DNA of 64,000 nt from Bacilli bacterium (GCA_022653695.1 JALCSW010000001.1:53979-117978); one strand, 5' to 3'; shown: positions 1-9,784, counted from the first letter of the stretch. The notes: generated by a model not told the origin, from the sequence alone. Program-made: numbers and translations.

Positions 1-129
1 CTTTTTCCTCGAAAGAGGACGATCCCTTCCTATTCTCCCCAAAACCTCGGGGACGAACATTTTGCGGATGAGGCAAACGGCGTCAAACGCCAGCGCGGCC
101 AAACAAAGACAGATCCCAAAAATGAGCAT
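1..129 (-). CDS. Possible partial CDS (hydrophobic N-terminus) running off the window start
   Basis: ATG at 129-127 opens the frame MLIFGICLCLAALAFDAVCLIRK... with no stop before position 1; no recognisable family. Confidence 0.25.
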   Translation of the reverse strand, partial: MLIFGICLCLAALAFDAVCLIRKMFVPEVLGRIGRDRPLSRKK

Positions 130-132
130 ATG

Positions 133-429
133 TCAGTTTATCACCTCGTAAGGCCCCCACCATGATGGACCCCATCCCGCGTCTTCAGGCAGAAGCGGAG
201 GCGCCAATAGGTCAATAAATAAGGCCTCCCCGCCATACCGGCGGCAGAGGGCGCAGGCGTATTTGAATTTGGCCGCGTCGTACCCAAGCCCCTTCGAAAG
301 TCCGTGGATCGGAATGCCTTCCTTGAGGTGCCTTTTCACTATCCCAAGCTTCTGCGACTGGTTCAATCTCATAAAAAATTCCCTCCATAATGGCACCATT
401 TTCTGGTCCAAATCATGGGGGGAACTTCA
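133..429 (-). mobile_element. IS3/IS150-family remnant: left inverted repeat plus degenerate OrfA (HTH) fragment 372..133
   Basis: Minus-strand TGAAGTTCCCCCCATGATTTGGACCA (429-404) resembles an IS3-family IRL; followed by GGAGGG RBS and MRLNQSQKLGIVKRHLKEGIPIHGLSKGLG...RRYGGEAL (OrfA-like HTH); no OrfB seen. Confidence 0.55.
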
Positions 430-436
430 TCGAAAT

Positions 437-510
437 TGGAGCACCTGGCGGGAATCGAACCCGTGTAACCAGCTTGGGAAGCTGGTGTTCTGCCATTGAA
501 CTACAGATGC
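437..510 (-). tRNA. tRNA-Gly(CCC)
   Basis: Cloverleaf GCATCTG...CAGGTGC-T-CCA; anticodon arm CCAGC-TTCCCAA-GCTGG; GGTTCGATTCC T-loop. Confidence 0.95.
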
Positions 511-613
511 GCGTGCACGACGCCTTATCATTATACGAACCGGGAAAAGAAAATCTAGAGGTAGATGCCCTTATCCACGAAAAAAGGCGACCGAAGCCGC
601 CTCGTTTCCTTGC

Positions 614-689
614 TGGTGGGTGCTAGAGGGTTCGAACCTCTGACCTTCTGTACGTCAAACAGATGCTCTCCCAGCTGAGCTAAGCACCC
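614..689 (-). tRNA. tRNA-Val(GAC)
   Basis: GGGTGCT...AGCACCC-A-CCA; anticodon arm TCTGT-TTGACGT-ACAGA; GGTTCGAACC. Confidence 0.95.
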
Positions 690-851
690 TCATCTGGACG
701 ACCGAAATGGCCGCTCGAATATTATAGTAACGGGGCTTCCTTGAGACAAGAGGGAAAATCGGGAGACGACGAATGTGGATTCGTTAGGGAAGAGCACGAA
801 AAACTTATCGCGACGAAATGGTCCTTTGCCGAAAAGAATACGGAAGTCCAA

Positions 852-1373
852 TCAGCGCAGACTCGACAGACTCACGAGCGATTCGCAAGGAACGCCAAGT
901 CTGGCGGCGCCGTCCAACTCTCGGAGCGAGACGACGGCAAGGGCCCCGACCGGCTCGGCCCCGGCCAGCCTCGCGAGTTTCTCCATCGCCGAAAGGCTGC
1001 CGCCGGTAGCGATGAGATCGTCGACCAGAAGCGCCCGTTCGCCCTTGCGCAAGGCCTTGGTCTCGATTTCGAAGGAATCTCGTCCATATTCAAGACCGTA
1101 TGAAACCGTGAGGACTCTTCCAGGCAGCTTGCCGGGTTTGCGGACCATGACGAAACCCAACCCCATTTTCAAGGCCAGCGCGGAGCCGAAGACGAACCCC
1201 CGGCTCTCGGCCCCCATAATGACGTCCGGGCGGTATTTTTCGGCACGGTCGGCGAGATCCTCAATGCAGGTTTCAAGTGCCTCCGAGTCGCGAAGAAGAG
1301 GCGAGACGTCCTTAAAGGAAATGCCTTTCTTCGGGAAATCGGGAATGACATCGATATAACGGCTGTAATCCAT
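852..1373 (-). CDS. apt: Adenine phosphoribosyltransferase
   Basis: IPDFPKKGISFKD, AESRGF, VRKPGKLP and LVDDLIATGGS motifs; GGAGG RBS. Confidence 0.95.
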   Translation of the reverse strand: MDYSRYIDVIPDFPKKGISFKDVSPLLRDSEALETCIEDLADRAEKYRPDVIMGAESRGFVFGSALALKMGLGFVMVRKPGKLPGRVLTVSYGLEYGRDSFEIETKALRKGERALLVDDLIATGGSLSAMEKLARLAGAEPVGALAVVSLRELDGAARLGVPCESLVSLSSLR

Positions 1374-1555
1374 GGCAACGCCTCCTAAAAACTCTTCCGC
1401 CCACCCAAACCTGGGAAAAAGGGAACCGACATAGATTTAACTACGAAACGGGCTTCGATGCACGCTGAAAGCGATATGAGCGCGGCAAAACGAGAAAAAC
1501 CGCCTCTTTAAGAGACGAAGGTATTAGAATCAAAGGCGAAAAAAGGAGACCGCCC

Positions 1556-2206
1556 ATGGATATCCGCCAACGCAAGAACCTCATCCTCCTCAACCATCCG
1601 CTTCTCAAGCACAAGATCACCCTGCTTCGAAGCAAGGACACCGGAACCGTTCTCTTCCGCGAACTCGTGAAGGAAATCGCGATCATGGAGGGATACGAGG
1701 CCCTTAACGACCTCCCGCTTCACGAAGTCGACGTCGTGACCCCCATCGAGAAAGCGAGGGAACCCGCCATAGATTCCGACAGGCTGTGTTTCGTCCCCGT
1801 CCTTCGGGCCGGCCTCGGGATGGTGGAGGGGTTTCTGACCCTCGTCCCCACCGCCCAAGTGGGGCAAATCGGCCTGCGGCGCGACGAAACGAGCCACAAA
1901 CCGATCGAATACCTTTGCAAACTTCCCGCCTCGATAAGCAAAACGCGGGTTTACGTCCTCGATCCGATGCTCGCCACGGGCGGGTCCGCGATCAAGGCGG
2001 TCTCCCTCCTCAAGGAACGCGGGGCCACCGACATTCGGTTCGTCTCCATCATCGCGGCCCCCGAGGGGGTGGCCTCCCTTTTGGACAAGGAACCCGACGT
2101 GAAACTCTACGTCGGGGCTTTGGATCGCGAACTTAACGGGAACGCCTATATCTGCCCGGGGCTCGGCGATGCCGGCGACCGGCTCTTCGGAACGGACAAG
2201 GAATAG
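1556..2206 (+). CDS. upp: Uracil phosphoribosyltransferase
   Basis: HPLLKHKITLLR, VPVLRAGLGM, LDPMLATGGS, PGLGDAGDRLFGT. Confidence 0.96.
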   Translation: MDIRQRKNLILLNHPLLKHKITLLRSKDTGTVLFRELVKEIAIMEGYEALNDLPLHEVDVVTPIEKAREPAIDSDRLCFVPVLRAGLGMVEGFLTLVPTAQVGQIGLRRDETSHKPIEYLCKLPASISKTRVYVLDPMLATGGSAIKAVSLLKERGATDIRFVSIIAAPEGVASLLDKEPDVKLYVGALDRELNGNAYICPGLGDAGDRLFGTDKE

Positions 2207-2208
2207 GC

Positions 2209-2766
2209 CTATTTCGAAACCTGCCGCTCCATCTCCTCGATTTCCTCGTCCGTCGGGACATAAACGTAAGGGATGTTGCGGTTGAGCCCTTTGTAATCGA
2301 AGCCATACCCCATGAGGAACTGGCTCTTCTTGAGGGAACGTCCGCAAAGATCGATGCTGAGCGGGGTTTTCCGGGCGAATGGCTTATCGAAAAGAGCCAC
2401 CGTGAGGATCCGTTTAGGGTGGCCCAACTCCCGCAAGTGGGCGAGCAGGAGCTCCATGCTCTTGCCGGTCTCGACGATGTCGTCGACCACCACGACCGTC
2501 CGCCCCGAAAGGTCGCTTTGGCAATCCCTCACGATCCGGACCGTCCCGGTGTTGTGGGTCCCTTCCCAACTTTGGACCTTGACGTAATCGACCAGGAGGG
2601 GAACCTTCACGAAACGGATGAGGTCGCTCATGAACTCGACGGCGCCGTCCATGACGCCGATGAAAAGCGGAAGGCGGTCCTCTTCTTTCAATCGCTCCGT
2701 CAGTTCTCCGCCTAGGCGCGAGCAAGTTTCCTTGATCTCGGCTTCGTCCATCACGAGTTCCTTCAT
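2209..2766 (-). CDS. hpt: Hypoxanthine(-guanine) phosphoribosyltransferase
   Basis: VVVVDDIVETG PRPP loop, LFDKP, FLMGYGFDY...RNIPY. Confidence 0.9.
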   Translation of the reverse strand: MKELVMDEAEIKETCSRLGGELTERLKEEDRLPLFIGVMDGAVEFMSDLIRFVKVPLLVDYVKVQSWEGTHNTGTVRIVRDCQSDLSGRTVVVVDDIVETGKSMELLLAHLRELGHPKRILTVALFDKPFARKTPLSIDLCGRSLKKSQFLMGYGFDYKGLNRNIPYVYVPTDEEIEEMERQVSK

Positions 2767-2906
2767 GGACCCCCTCCTTGTTTGGGCCCATTCTATAGCG
2801 GAGAAAGGCGGAGGGCAACGGAATAAGGCCGTTTATGCGTCAGGAAAGCGCTACGATGGGACAAATCGGGCATATCAATCTATACTGAAGGACGGAGAAC
2901 AAAACC

Positions 2907-3836
2907 ATGGAAAGCGAAAGAACGCATCCGTTGCTCTTTACCTTAGGCTCGAACCCGAGCCTCGCCCGAGGAACCTCGATTCTCGCCGGGCTGCCTCTTT
3001 CCAAAGCCTATGCGGGCCACTACGCCGACGGTGAATCTTTCGACAAGCCCCTCGATGACGTCGCGGGGCGCGATTGCTATCTGATCCATTCGACGTCCCG
3101 TCCCGTCAACGAAAGGCTGATGGACCTCTTGGTTTTCGTGGATGCCCTCGTGCGCGCCAACGCCCGCTCAATCACCGCGATCGTGCCTTATTTTGGCTAT
3201 GCCCGACAAGACCGAATCGTCGAGCCCGGCGACCCCGTAAGCGGTCTTCTCGTCGGGAAAATGCTCCGCGCGGCCGGGCTCACTCGCCTCGTCACCGTGG
3301 ATTTCCATTCGCTCAAATTGCTTGATGAATTCCCGCTTCCGCACGTGAACCTCACCGCGGAAGGCCTTTTCGCCAAAAGGTTCGCGAGTCTGCTGAAGGA
3401 AGAAGGGGTTACTGAGGGTGACGTCGCGATCGTCGGCCCCGACAAAGGGAGCCTGCCCCGAATAAGCCAGTTCGCCCAAAACTTCAAAGGATCCGCCATC
3501 GCATTTGCCGACAAGAGCCGGCCCCGGCCCAATCAAGCCGTCGTGCACGGCATCCATGGGGACGTCGCCGGGAAAACCTGCTTGGTTTTCGACGACATGA
3601 TCGACACCGCCGGCACCATCGGCGAGACGGTGAAGGCCCTTTACGCAAAGGGAGCCGCCGGCGTCCACGTCGCGGCCACGCACGGCATTTTCTCGGGAGA
3701 GGCCCAAAAAACCCTTTCCGGCATCGGCATCCGCTCGCTCTTCGTGAGCGATTCCATCGAACGGGAAAAGCCCGTCGGCGAAATCGTGAGTTTGGCCCCG
3801 CTTCTGGCGGATTTCATCCTCAAGGATCGCCGATAG
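2907..3836 (+). CDS. prs: Ribose-phosphate pyrophosphokinase
   Basis: PYFGYARQDR, VDFHS, GPDKG, FDDMIDTAGT, ATHGIFS. Confidence 0.93.
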   Translation: MESERTHPLLFTLGSNPSLARGTSILAGLPLSKAYAGHYADGESFDKPLDDVAGRDCYLIHSTSRPVNERLMDLLVFVDALVRANARSITAIVPYFGYARQDRIVEPGDPVSGLLVGKMLRAAGLTRLVTVDFHSLKLLDEFPLPHVNLTAEGLFAKRFASLLKEEGVTEGDVAIVGPDKGSLPRISQFAQNFKGSAIAFADKSRPRPNQAVVHGIHGDVAGKTCLVFDDMIDTAGTIGETVKALYAKGAAGVHVAATHGIFSGEAQKTLSGIGIRSLFVSDSIEREKPVGEIVSLAPLLADFILKDRR

Positions 3837-3914
3837 GGGGCTAATGGGGCTTGGCCTCAGGCCAGGACACGTTCTTTGCCGTTTTTGGGAACTGAAACGA
3901 CTTTTTTGGCATTG

Positions 3915-3944
3915 AAAAGAAAACACCCGACAATATCGGGTGTC
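3915..3944 (-). terminator. Intrinsic terminator downstream of tRNA-Thr (possibly bidirectional with prs)
   Basis: Minus-strand GACACCCGATATTGTCGGGTGT hairpin followed by a T-tract. Confidence 0.65.
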
Positions 3945-3955
3945 AGTCTGCCAAG

Positions 3956-4031
3956 TGGTGCCGACTAGAGGAATCGAACCCCCAACCTACTGATTACGAT
4001 TCAGTTGCTCTGCCAATTGAGCTAAGTCGGC
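3956..4031 (-). tRNA. tRNA-Thr(CGT)
   Basis: GCCGACT...AGTCGGC-A-CCA; anticodon arm ACTGA-ATCGTAA-TCAGT. Confidence 0.95.
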
Positions 4032-4063
4032 GCGCGAAGATAAATATAGACCAAGCGGGCCGC

Positions 4064-6139
4064 CTAAACAAGCGCTGAAGTCCCATCTTTCGTTTTCGCG
4101 GGCTTCTTTTTCCCGTTTCGGGGACGACGCTCATAAAGTCCCCACGCGCCTAAGGCGAGCGTGCCCGCCGCGGACACCCAAAAAGTCACCCGGCCGATTC
4201 GGTAACTGAGGGGGCCCGGGAACGAGACTTCGAGGGTATAGCTTCCCGAGGCGACTTCGAATGCCACCAAACCGTCGACGTTCTTAAGGGGGGCGTAGCT
4301 CACCTTTCCGTCGACGGCGGTCAGTTTGGCCTCGTAACCATCATAATAGAACTGGGGGATTTGGATGAGGGCGTCCTCGCTTTCCACGGTCACCTCGAAA
4401 GTGGCGTCGGGGCTGTTGAGGGCGGTTATCTCACACGTGCCGTCTCCCTCAAGGAAGGCCGGGTCGAAATAGCCTTCGACCCCGACCGGGAAGCGGGCGT
4501 TGCCGTCGGCGAGGTAGGAATGAACGAGACCATAGAGGGAAGCGGAATATTCCGAATGGTAACCGCTCTCGGAGAAAACCCGTGGCAAATACTCGTTTTG
4601 CCAGCCGATTTTGTTGTTGTCCTGAACTTGGCTCACGGAGGCGTCGTGCCAATAGCCTTGGCCGTTTTGGAAAATGGAAATGCGCTTGTCGATCGGGCCT
4701 TGGCAGAACATGAGAAGGGCGCAGCCAAGGACGCCGAGGGAAGCGAGGGCGGTGCGGTTGTTGCGGAAGATCTTCGCAAGGTAGACGACGAGAAGCACGG
4801 CGAAAAAGCCGAAGAGCCCCCAGAGGCGATACGGGAACTGGATGTTGTAGAAAGCCTGCGGCACCGCCTTCCACGCGTCCGGAACGTAAATGAGGGTCAC
4901 GAGGACGATCATCGAGAGGCAAAGGAAATAAACCTCCGGGACCTCCAAGAACTCCTGTATGGGTTTGCGCGACAATTCGGGTTCCGCCGGATCTTTGGCG
5001 AAAAGGTCGAAAAGAAGGAAGAGGAGATAAAACGCCAAAAGGGAAAGCCAAGCCTCCGCCTCGGCAAGAATGCAAAGCGAAGGAAGGAAAAGGATAGCCG
5101 CATCGGCTAGGTAACGCCACTTTTCCTGATTCTTGAGTTTCCGGAAAAGCCGATCGAACACGATCATGAGAACCGCCGAAACGACGTAGAAAGAGGCTGA
5201 AAGAGCGACCCTGAAAGTGGCGTTCTGCTGGACGAGCCACTCAAAATTGAGGAAGCCGGTGAACTGGGTGCTCGTGCAGCCGATCCAATAGCTGAGCCAG
5301 GAAAGCGTCGTCCACATGATGTCGCCGTCGCTGATTGTATAGAGGTCGCCTGAGGTGTTCCTCAAAGCGGTAAAGACGTAAGGCGTGACGAACCCTACAA
5401 CCAGCAGGATGGAAACGAAGAAACTGACGAGCCGCCGCCATTCCTTGATGTGCCTTATGATCGCCTTGACGCTGAAAACCATGAAAACCACGCACGAGGT
5501 GGCCGTCACGAGGGCCGTGATCGGATGGGTGAGGACGATCGAGGCGGCGCTCAAGGTCAAAATAACGTAGGGGCCCACCCGCCACTTCTCGTCATGGATA
5601 AGACGATAAAGCCCATAGTAAATGAGAGGGATGAAGCACAGGGCGATGGCTTCGGGATAGGCGGCCCGGTAAAGGACGCAATACATCTTGTAAGGCAGGA
5701 AATTGTAGATGACCGTCGCGAGGAAGCCAATGCTGCGCCGCGAGGAAATCCGATTCGCGAGGGCGTACACGGCGAGGTTGGAGAGGAAGCAGAAAAAGAG
5801 GATCGCGAACTTGAGGGTCCCCGTGAGGCTGGCCCCGGCCCAATGCCACATCTCGTAGAGGATCACCACGAAATAATGCGGGAACGGCCCATAGAAGCCG
5901 TAGATGTTGACCGCGGTGAAACCGATGAGGTTATGGCCGAGGGAAAGCCCGGTGAAGCCGTGCTCGAACCCATAAGCCAAATCGGCCAATTCAAGCTGAT
6001 GCCAGTAGCAATCGTCGCCGGTCGTCATGCCGACGTCGGTGAAGAAAACGCAGAACGGCAACGCCGTGAGGACGAGAATCGCCAAGTAAGGGGCGGCGGC
6101 CTTCAGGAATTTAAGAAGCCGAGCCCGGGAAAATTTCAT
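4064..6139 (-). CDS. Multi-pass membrane protein, probable GT-C-fold glycosyltransferase (PTPS-related/YfhO-like)
   Basis: GDDxxWH, FYGP, RAAYPE, IQFPYRL and EYLP motifs, a C-terminal PQFYYDGY domain and many TM helices; start moved to MKFSRAR. Confidence 0.7.
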   Translation of the reverse strand: MKFSRARLLKFLKAAAPYLAILVLTALPFCVFFTDVGMTTGDDCYWHQLELADLAYGFEHGFTGLSLGHNLIGFTAVNIYGFYGPFPHYFVVILYEMWHWAGASLTGTLKFAILFFCFLSNLAVYALANRISSRRSIGFLATVIYNFLPYKMYCVLYRAAYPEAIALCFIPLIYYGLYRLIHDEKWRVGPYVILTLSAASIVLTHPITALVTATSCVVFMVFSVKAIIRHIKEWRRLVSFFVSILLVVGFVTPYVFTALRNTSGDLYTISDGDIMWTTLSWLSYWIGCTSTQFTGFLNFEWLVQQNATFRVALSASFYVVSAVLMIVFDRLFRKLKNQEKWRYLADAAILFLPSLCILAEAEAWLSLLAFYLLFLLFDLFAKDPAEPELSRKPIQEFLEVPEVYFLCLSMIVLVTLIYVPDAWKAVPQAFYNIQFPYRLWGLFGFFAVLLVVYLAKIFRNNRTALASLGVLGCALLMFCQGPIDKRISIFQNGQGYWHDASVSQVQDNNKIGWQNEYLPRVFSESGYHSEYSASLYGLVHSYLADGNARFPVGVEGYFDPAFLEGDGTCEITALNSPDATFEVTVESEDALIQIPQFYYDGYEAKLTAVDGKVSYAPLKNVDGLVAFEVASGSYTLEVSFPGPLSYRIGRVTFWVSAAGTLALGAWGLYERRPRNGKKKPAKTKDGTSALV

Positions 6140-6180
6140 AACGAAGCCATTATAGAGAGGCGAAGAAGGCTTGTCTAAGC

Positions 6181-8901
6181 CTATCGGAGGCGAGAGGGCG
6201 CCAACTTGCCCTTCAGTGACAAAACGGCCACCACGATCTCGTGGACGAATAGAGGCGTGAGGGCGAGCAGGAAAACCCAAAGGTAGTCCATCGGCTCGTC
6301 ATGGAGCGGATAGACGCTGAAGAAACCGTTGAGCCCCGGGGTCTCGATGATGAGGAACTGAAGGCCCATGCCGATGAAGAACGAGGCCCAAAGCATCGCG
6401 TTCCTGTCTTTGAAGACGCGCAGGAACGTGTGTTTGACGTCCGTCATCCCGAGCATATGGAAAAGTTCGCTGAAACTCAGAACGCAAAAGGCCATCGACT
6501 GAGCCTCCTCGAGGGCCATCTCGTTCTCAAAGTAGCCGTCGATCGCGGAAATCGAGAAGCAGCCGGCTTGCCATGGCTTGATGAGGAAGGCGATGAGCGT
6601 CGCGGCGCCTATGACGGCCCCGTAGCCGAAAGTTATCGCATAGCCCCCGCGGGCGAAAAGCGATTCTTTGGGGTCGCGCGGGCGATCGCGCATGATATCG
6701 TCGGGCTTCTTGTCGGCCCCGAGGGCGATCGCGGGCAAAGAATCCGTGATGAGGTTCACCCACAGAAGATGGATCGCGATGAGCGGGGCGGGCAGGCCGC
6801 AGGCGATCGCCACGAACATGCAGATGACCTCGCCGATGTTGCTCGAGAGCAAAAAGAGGATGGTCTTGCGGATGTTGGCGTAAATGCCGCGCCCCTCCTC
6901 CACCGCTTTCTCGATGGAGGCGAAGTTGTCGTCGGTTAAGACCATGTCGGCGGCTCCTTTGGCCACGTCGGTTCCGGCGATGCCCATCGCGATGCCAATG
7001 TCGGCGGCCTTGAGGGAGGGGGCGTCGTTGACCCCGTCCCCCGTCATGGCGGCGATGTTGCCGTTGGCTTTGATGGCGGTGACGATCTGGACTTTGTTCT
7101 CCGGGCTCACGCGGGCGAAAACGCGGATGGTTTTCACCTTCTCCCGCAATTCTTCCGAAGAGCAGGCGTCGATCTGCTCGCCCGACATGCACTGCTCGGG
7201 CGCCTCGGCGATGCCAAGCTCCCTAGCGATCGCGAAGGCCGTGTCTTTGTGGTCCCCCGTGATCATGATGGTCGCGATGCCGGCCCCCCGCAGGGTCATT
7301 ACGGCCGGTTTCGCGGCCGGGCGCGGAGGATCGACCATGCCGACCAAGCCGACGAAAACGAGTCTGTCCTCCTCGATTTTATCGCTCTCGCGCAAGGCCA
7401 AGGCCAAGACGCGAAGCGCCTTCTCGGCCATCTTGGCCGCGGCCGCCTCGATTTTCGCGAGGTCCTCTTCCGCGAGGGCTTTGGTTTTGCCGCCTATGAG
7501 CACGCGATCGCAGCGCTTGAGGATCTGGTCCATCGCGCCTTTGGTGTACACGACTTTCCCGCCGCTCTTGCGGTGCTGGGTCGACATCATCTTACGGACG
7601 CTGTCGAAAGGGAGCTCGTCGATGCGCGGGGTCGCTTTCTCAAGCGCGCTTTTGCTCATCCCGAAATCGGCGGCGAACTGGACGAGGGCCACCTCCGTGG
7701 GGTCGCCATAGACGCCGTTCTCGATCGAGGCGTCGCTGCAAAGGCACATCCCTTCCGCTAGTAAGCCGAGGTCGTCCTTCCTGAAATCTTTTCTCTCATA
7801 AAGTTTCTCGTCGCAGTAGGCTTCGACGACGGTCATCTTGTTTTGGGTGAGGGTGCCGGTCTTGTCGCTGCAAATGACCGAGACGGCGCCGAGGGTTTCC
7901 ACGGAAGCCAGGCGGCGCACGATCGTATTGACCTTGATCATCTTCTGCATGCCGAGGGCGAGGACGATGGTGACGACCGCGGGAAGGCCTTCGGGGATCG
8001 CGGCGACGGCAAGCCCCACCGCGTCGAGCAAATCAGCGGTCCATTTCTCGACGAACGTTCCGGCCACGGCGTCGTATATGAAGGAGACGCCGAGCATCAG
8101 AACGACGATGCCGACGGTGAGGATGCCGAGGAATTTGGACAACTGGGCCAATTTCTTCTGAAGCGGGGTCGGCTCCTCCCCTTCCCCGGAGAGCATGGTC
8201 GCGATCTTGCCGATCTCGGTGTTCATGCCGGTCGCGATCACGACCCCTTCCCCGCGCCCGTAGACGATCGGGGTGGACATATAGGCTTCGTTGACGCGGT
8301 CGCCGACGCCGACCTCCTCGCTCAAAACGAGGTCCGGGTCCTTGTCGACGGGCAGCGACTCGCCGGTGAGGGAACTCTCGTCGGCCTTCATGGCGAAGGC
8401 TTTCGTAAGGCGCAGATCGGCCGGAACGGTTCTCCCTTCCTCGAGGACGACGACGTCCCCGGGGACGAGTTCCTCGGCCTTGACCTCGACGAGTTTGCCT
8501 TCGCGCCGGACGGTCGCGGTCGGAGAGGAAAGCTTCCGGAGGGCCGCGAGGGCCTTCTCGGCCTTGGTTTCCTGGATGGTGCCGATCGTTGCGTTAAGGA
8601 AAATGACCCCGAAGATGATGACGACGTCGGCGAAATCCTCGAAAGTCACGCCCGCGCCGGATTTCTGAGCCTTGAGGATGCCCACGATGACGGAGATGAT
8701 GGCGGCCCCGAAAAGGATGAACGTCATCGGGTCCTTGAATTGGTCGAGGAAAACGAGGAAAGCGCTTCGTTTCTTTTTCTCGGTGAGTTTGTTAAACCCG
8801 TATTCGGCGCGACGCGACGCCGCCTCCTCTATGGAAAGCCCCCTTTCCCCGTCCGTCTTCAACGCCTTCAAAGAATCGGAGATCGATTTGTTCTCGTACA
8901 T
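6181..8901 (-). CDS. Cation-transporting P-type ATPase (P2A, Ca2+/Mn2+; YoaB-like)
   Basis: TGES, IPEGLP, CSDKTGTLT, KGA, TGDGVNDAPSLK; start MYENK behind GGGAG. Confidence 0.93.
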   Translation of the reverse strand: MYENKSISDSLKALKTDGERGLSIEEAASRRAEYGFNKLTEKKKRSAFLVFLDQFKDPMTFILFGAAIISVIVGILKAQKSGAGVTFEDFADVVIIFGVIFLNATIGTIQETKAEKALAALRKLSSPTATVRREGKLVEVKAEELVPGDVVVLEEGRTVPADLRLTKAFAMKADESSLTGESLPVDKDPDLVLSEEVGVGDRVNEAYMSTPIVYGRGEGVVIATGMNTEIGKIATMLSGEGEEPTPLQKKLAQLSKFLGILTVGIVVLMLGVSFIYDAVAGTFVEKWTADLLDAVGLAVAAIPEGLPAVVTIVLALGMQKMIKVNTIVRRLASVETLGAVSVICSDKTGTLTQNKMTVVEAYCDEKLYERKDFRKDDLGLLAEGMCLCSDASIENGVYGDPTEVALVQFAADFGMSKSALEKATPRIDELPFDSVRKMMSTQHRKSGGKVVYTKGAMDQILKRCDRVLIGGKTKALAEEDLAKIEAAAAKMAEKALRVLALALRESDKIEEDRLVFVGLVGMVDPPRPAAKPAVMTLRGAGIATIMITGDHKDTAFAIARELGIAEAPEQCMSGEQIDACSSEELREKVKTIRVFARVSPENKVQIVTAIKANGNIAAMTGDGVNDAPSLKAADIGIAMGIAGTDVAKGAADMVLTDDNFASIEKAVEEGRGIYANIRKTILFLLSSNIGEVICMFVAIACGLPAPLIAIHLLWVNLITDSLPAIALGADKKPDDIMRDRPRDPKESLFARGGYAITFGYGAVIGAATLIAFLIKPWQAGCFSISAIDGYFENEMALEEAQSMAFCVLSFSELFHMLGMTDVKHTFLRVFKDRNAMLWASFFIGMGLQFLIIETPGLNGFFSVYPLHDEPMDYLWVFLLALTPLFVHEIVVAVLSLKGKLAPSRLR

Positions 8902-8935
8902 GGAGATATTTGCTCCCTGGGTGCGGCCGTGCCGT

Positions 8936-9030
8936 GACAAAGGTCTCGCGAAGCCATTGGCTTACCCTTCCCGGCCGGGGCTGATCCCCGACGTCTTGAC
9001 GGAAAAAGGTTGACCGCTACTCCCCTTTAC
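8936..9030 (-). ncRNA. yybP-ykoY (Mn2+) riboswitch
   Basis: Minus-strand AAAGGGGAGTAGC...CCGTCAAGACGTC...GCGAGACCTTT hallmark elements, in the leader of a P-type ATPase; extended -10 TGTTATCAT at 9046-9038. Confidence 0.85.
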
Positions 9031-9069
9031 AAGGGGAATGATAACACAAAAGGGAAAACGCCCGAAGGA

Positions 9070-9717
9070 TTAATACGAACGAAGCCGCAAAACGGTGAAA
9101 TAAATGCCGAGGCAAATGAGGATCTCGCTGATGGGGTAAAGGCATGACATGAGGACATTTAAGCCACTCGCCCCATCTAGAAGCAGGATGCCCGGCAAGA
9201 AGGAACTGGAGACGATCTGAAAGACGACGAAAGCCAGATTCCAGTTGCGGACATTCGTGTAGGAGACCGAAGAGCCGGTGAGGTATTGCCGCAGACGGAT
9301 GTAGGCGAAGATGCCGGCGACGACGCCGAAGACATTGAAGGCGAGTTGAACGAGGGCCATCGAACTGCCAAGGGGATCGCCCGAAAAAAGGGAGGAGAAA
9401 TTCATGGCGCCGCCGAAAAAAAGATTTATCACGGCCGAGAAAGCCGAGGCGAAGATATAAATCAAGACGCCGTTATAAGCGCTGTTGCTGCTATTGATGT
9501 TCCCGATGAGGATGACGAGGTACGCCACGAGCATGAACGCCAGATTGTACACGTTGATCGGGGTTAAGATCGAAGGGGTCTCGCGATAGGCGATCATCTC
9601 GACGACATAAATCACGGCCGAGGCCAAAAGCAAGGCCGTCGCAAGGGACGAGAAAACGATCGCGCAGTACTTTTTGTAGTTGTAGCGGAATCTCTCTTTG
9701 AACGCGTGCCAATTCAT
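9070..9717 (-). CDS. Hypothetical membrane protein (about 6 TM)
   Basis: 215-aa ORF with repeated hydrophobic segments. Confidence 0.7.
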   Translation of the reverse strand: MNWHAFKERFRYNYKKYCAIVFSSLATALLLASAVIYVVEMIAYRETPSILTPINVYNLAFMLVAYLVILIGNINSSNSAYNGVLIYIFASAFSAVINLFFGGAMNFSSLFSGDPLGSSMALVQLAFNVFGVVAGIFAYIRLRQYLTGSSVSYTNVRNWNLAFVVFQIVSSSFLPGILLLDGASGLNVLMSCLYPISEILICLGIYFTVLRLRSY

Positions 9718-9784
9718 AAACGCAATACTACCACAGGAAAGAAGGAAAACCCATACGCGCGAAAAATGCTAAAGTATCATCCGT

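Noticed and set aside
1385..1500. Possible purine-type riboswitch in the apt leader (CTCATAT...GTTTC...CTATG on the minus strand)
   Set aside because: P1, the TTTCTAC junction and the kissing loops cannot be assembled convincingly; an Infernal search would be needed
6140..6280. Extended N-termini in the ORF track (also 8902-8940, 14836-14922, 21179-21298, 34197-34247, 35832-35876, 39032-39076, 56306-56344)
   Set aside because: Downstream ATGs have better RBS, signal peptides or stop-start coupling; the extensions overlap other genes or regulatory elements
9017..9040. TCCCCTT-TAC-AAGGGGA inverted repeat as an anti-aptamer for the Mn riboswitch
   Set aside because: One arm lies between the predicted -10 and +1, so it is probably not transcribed
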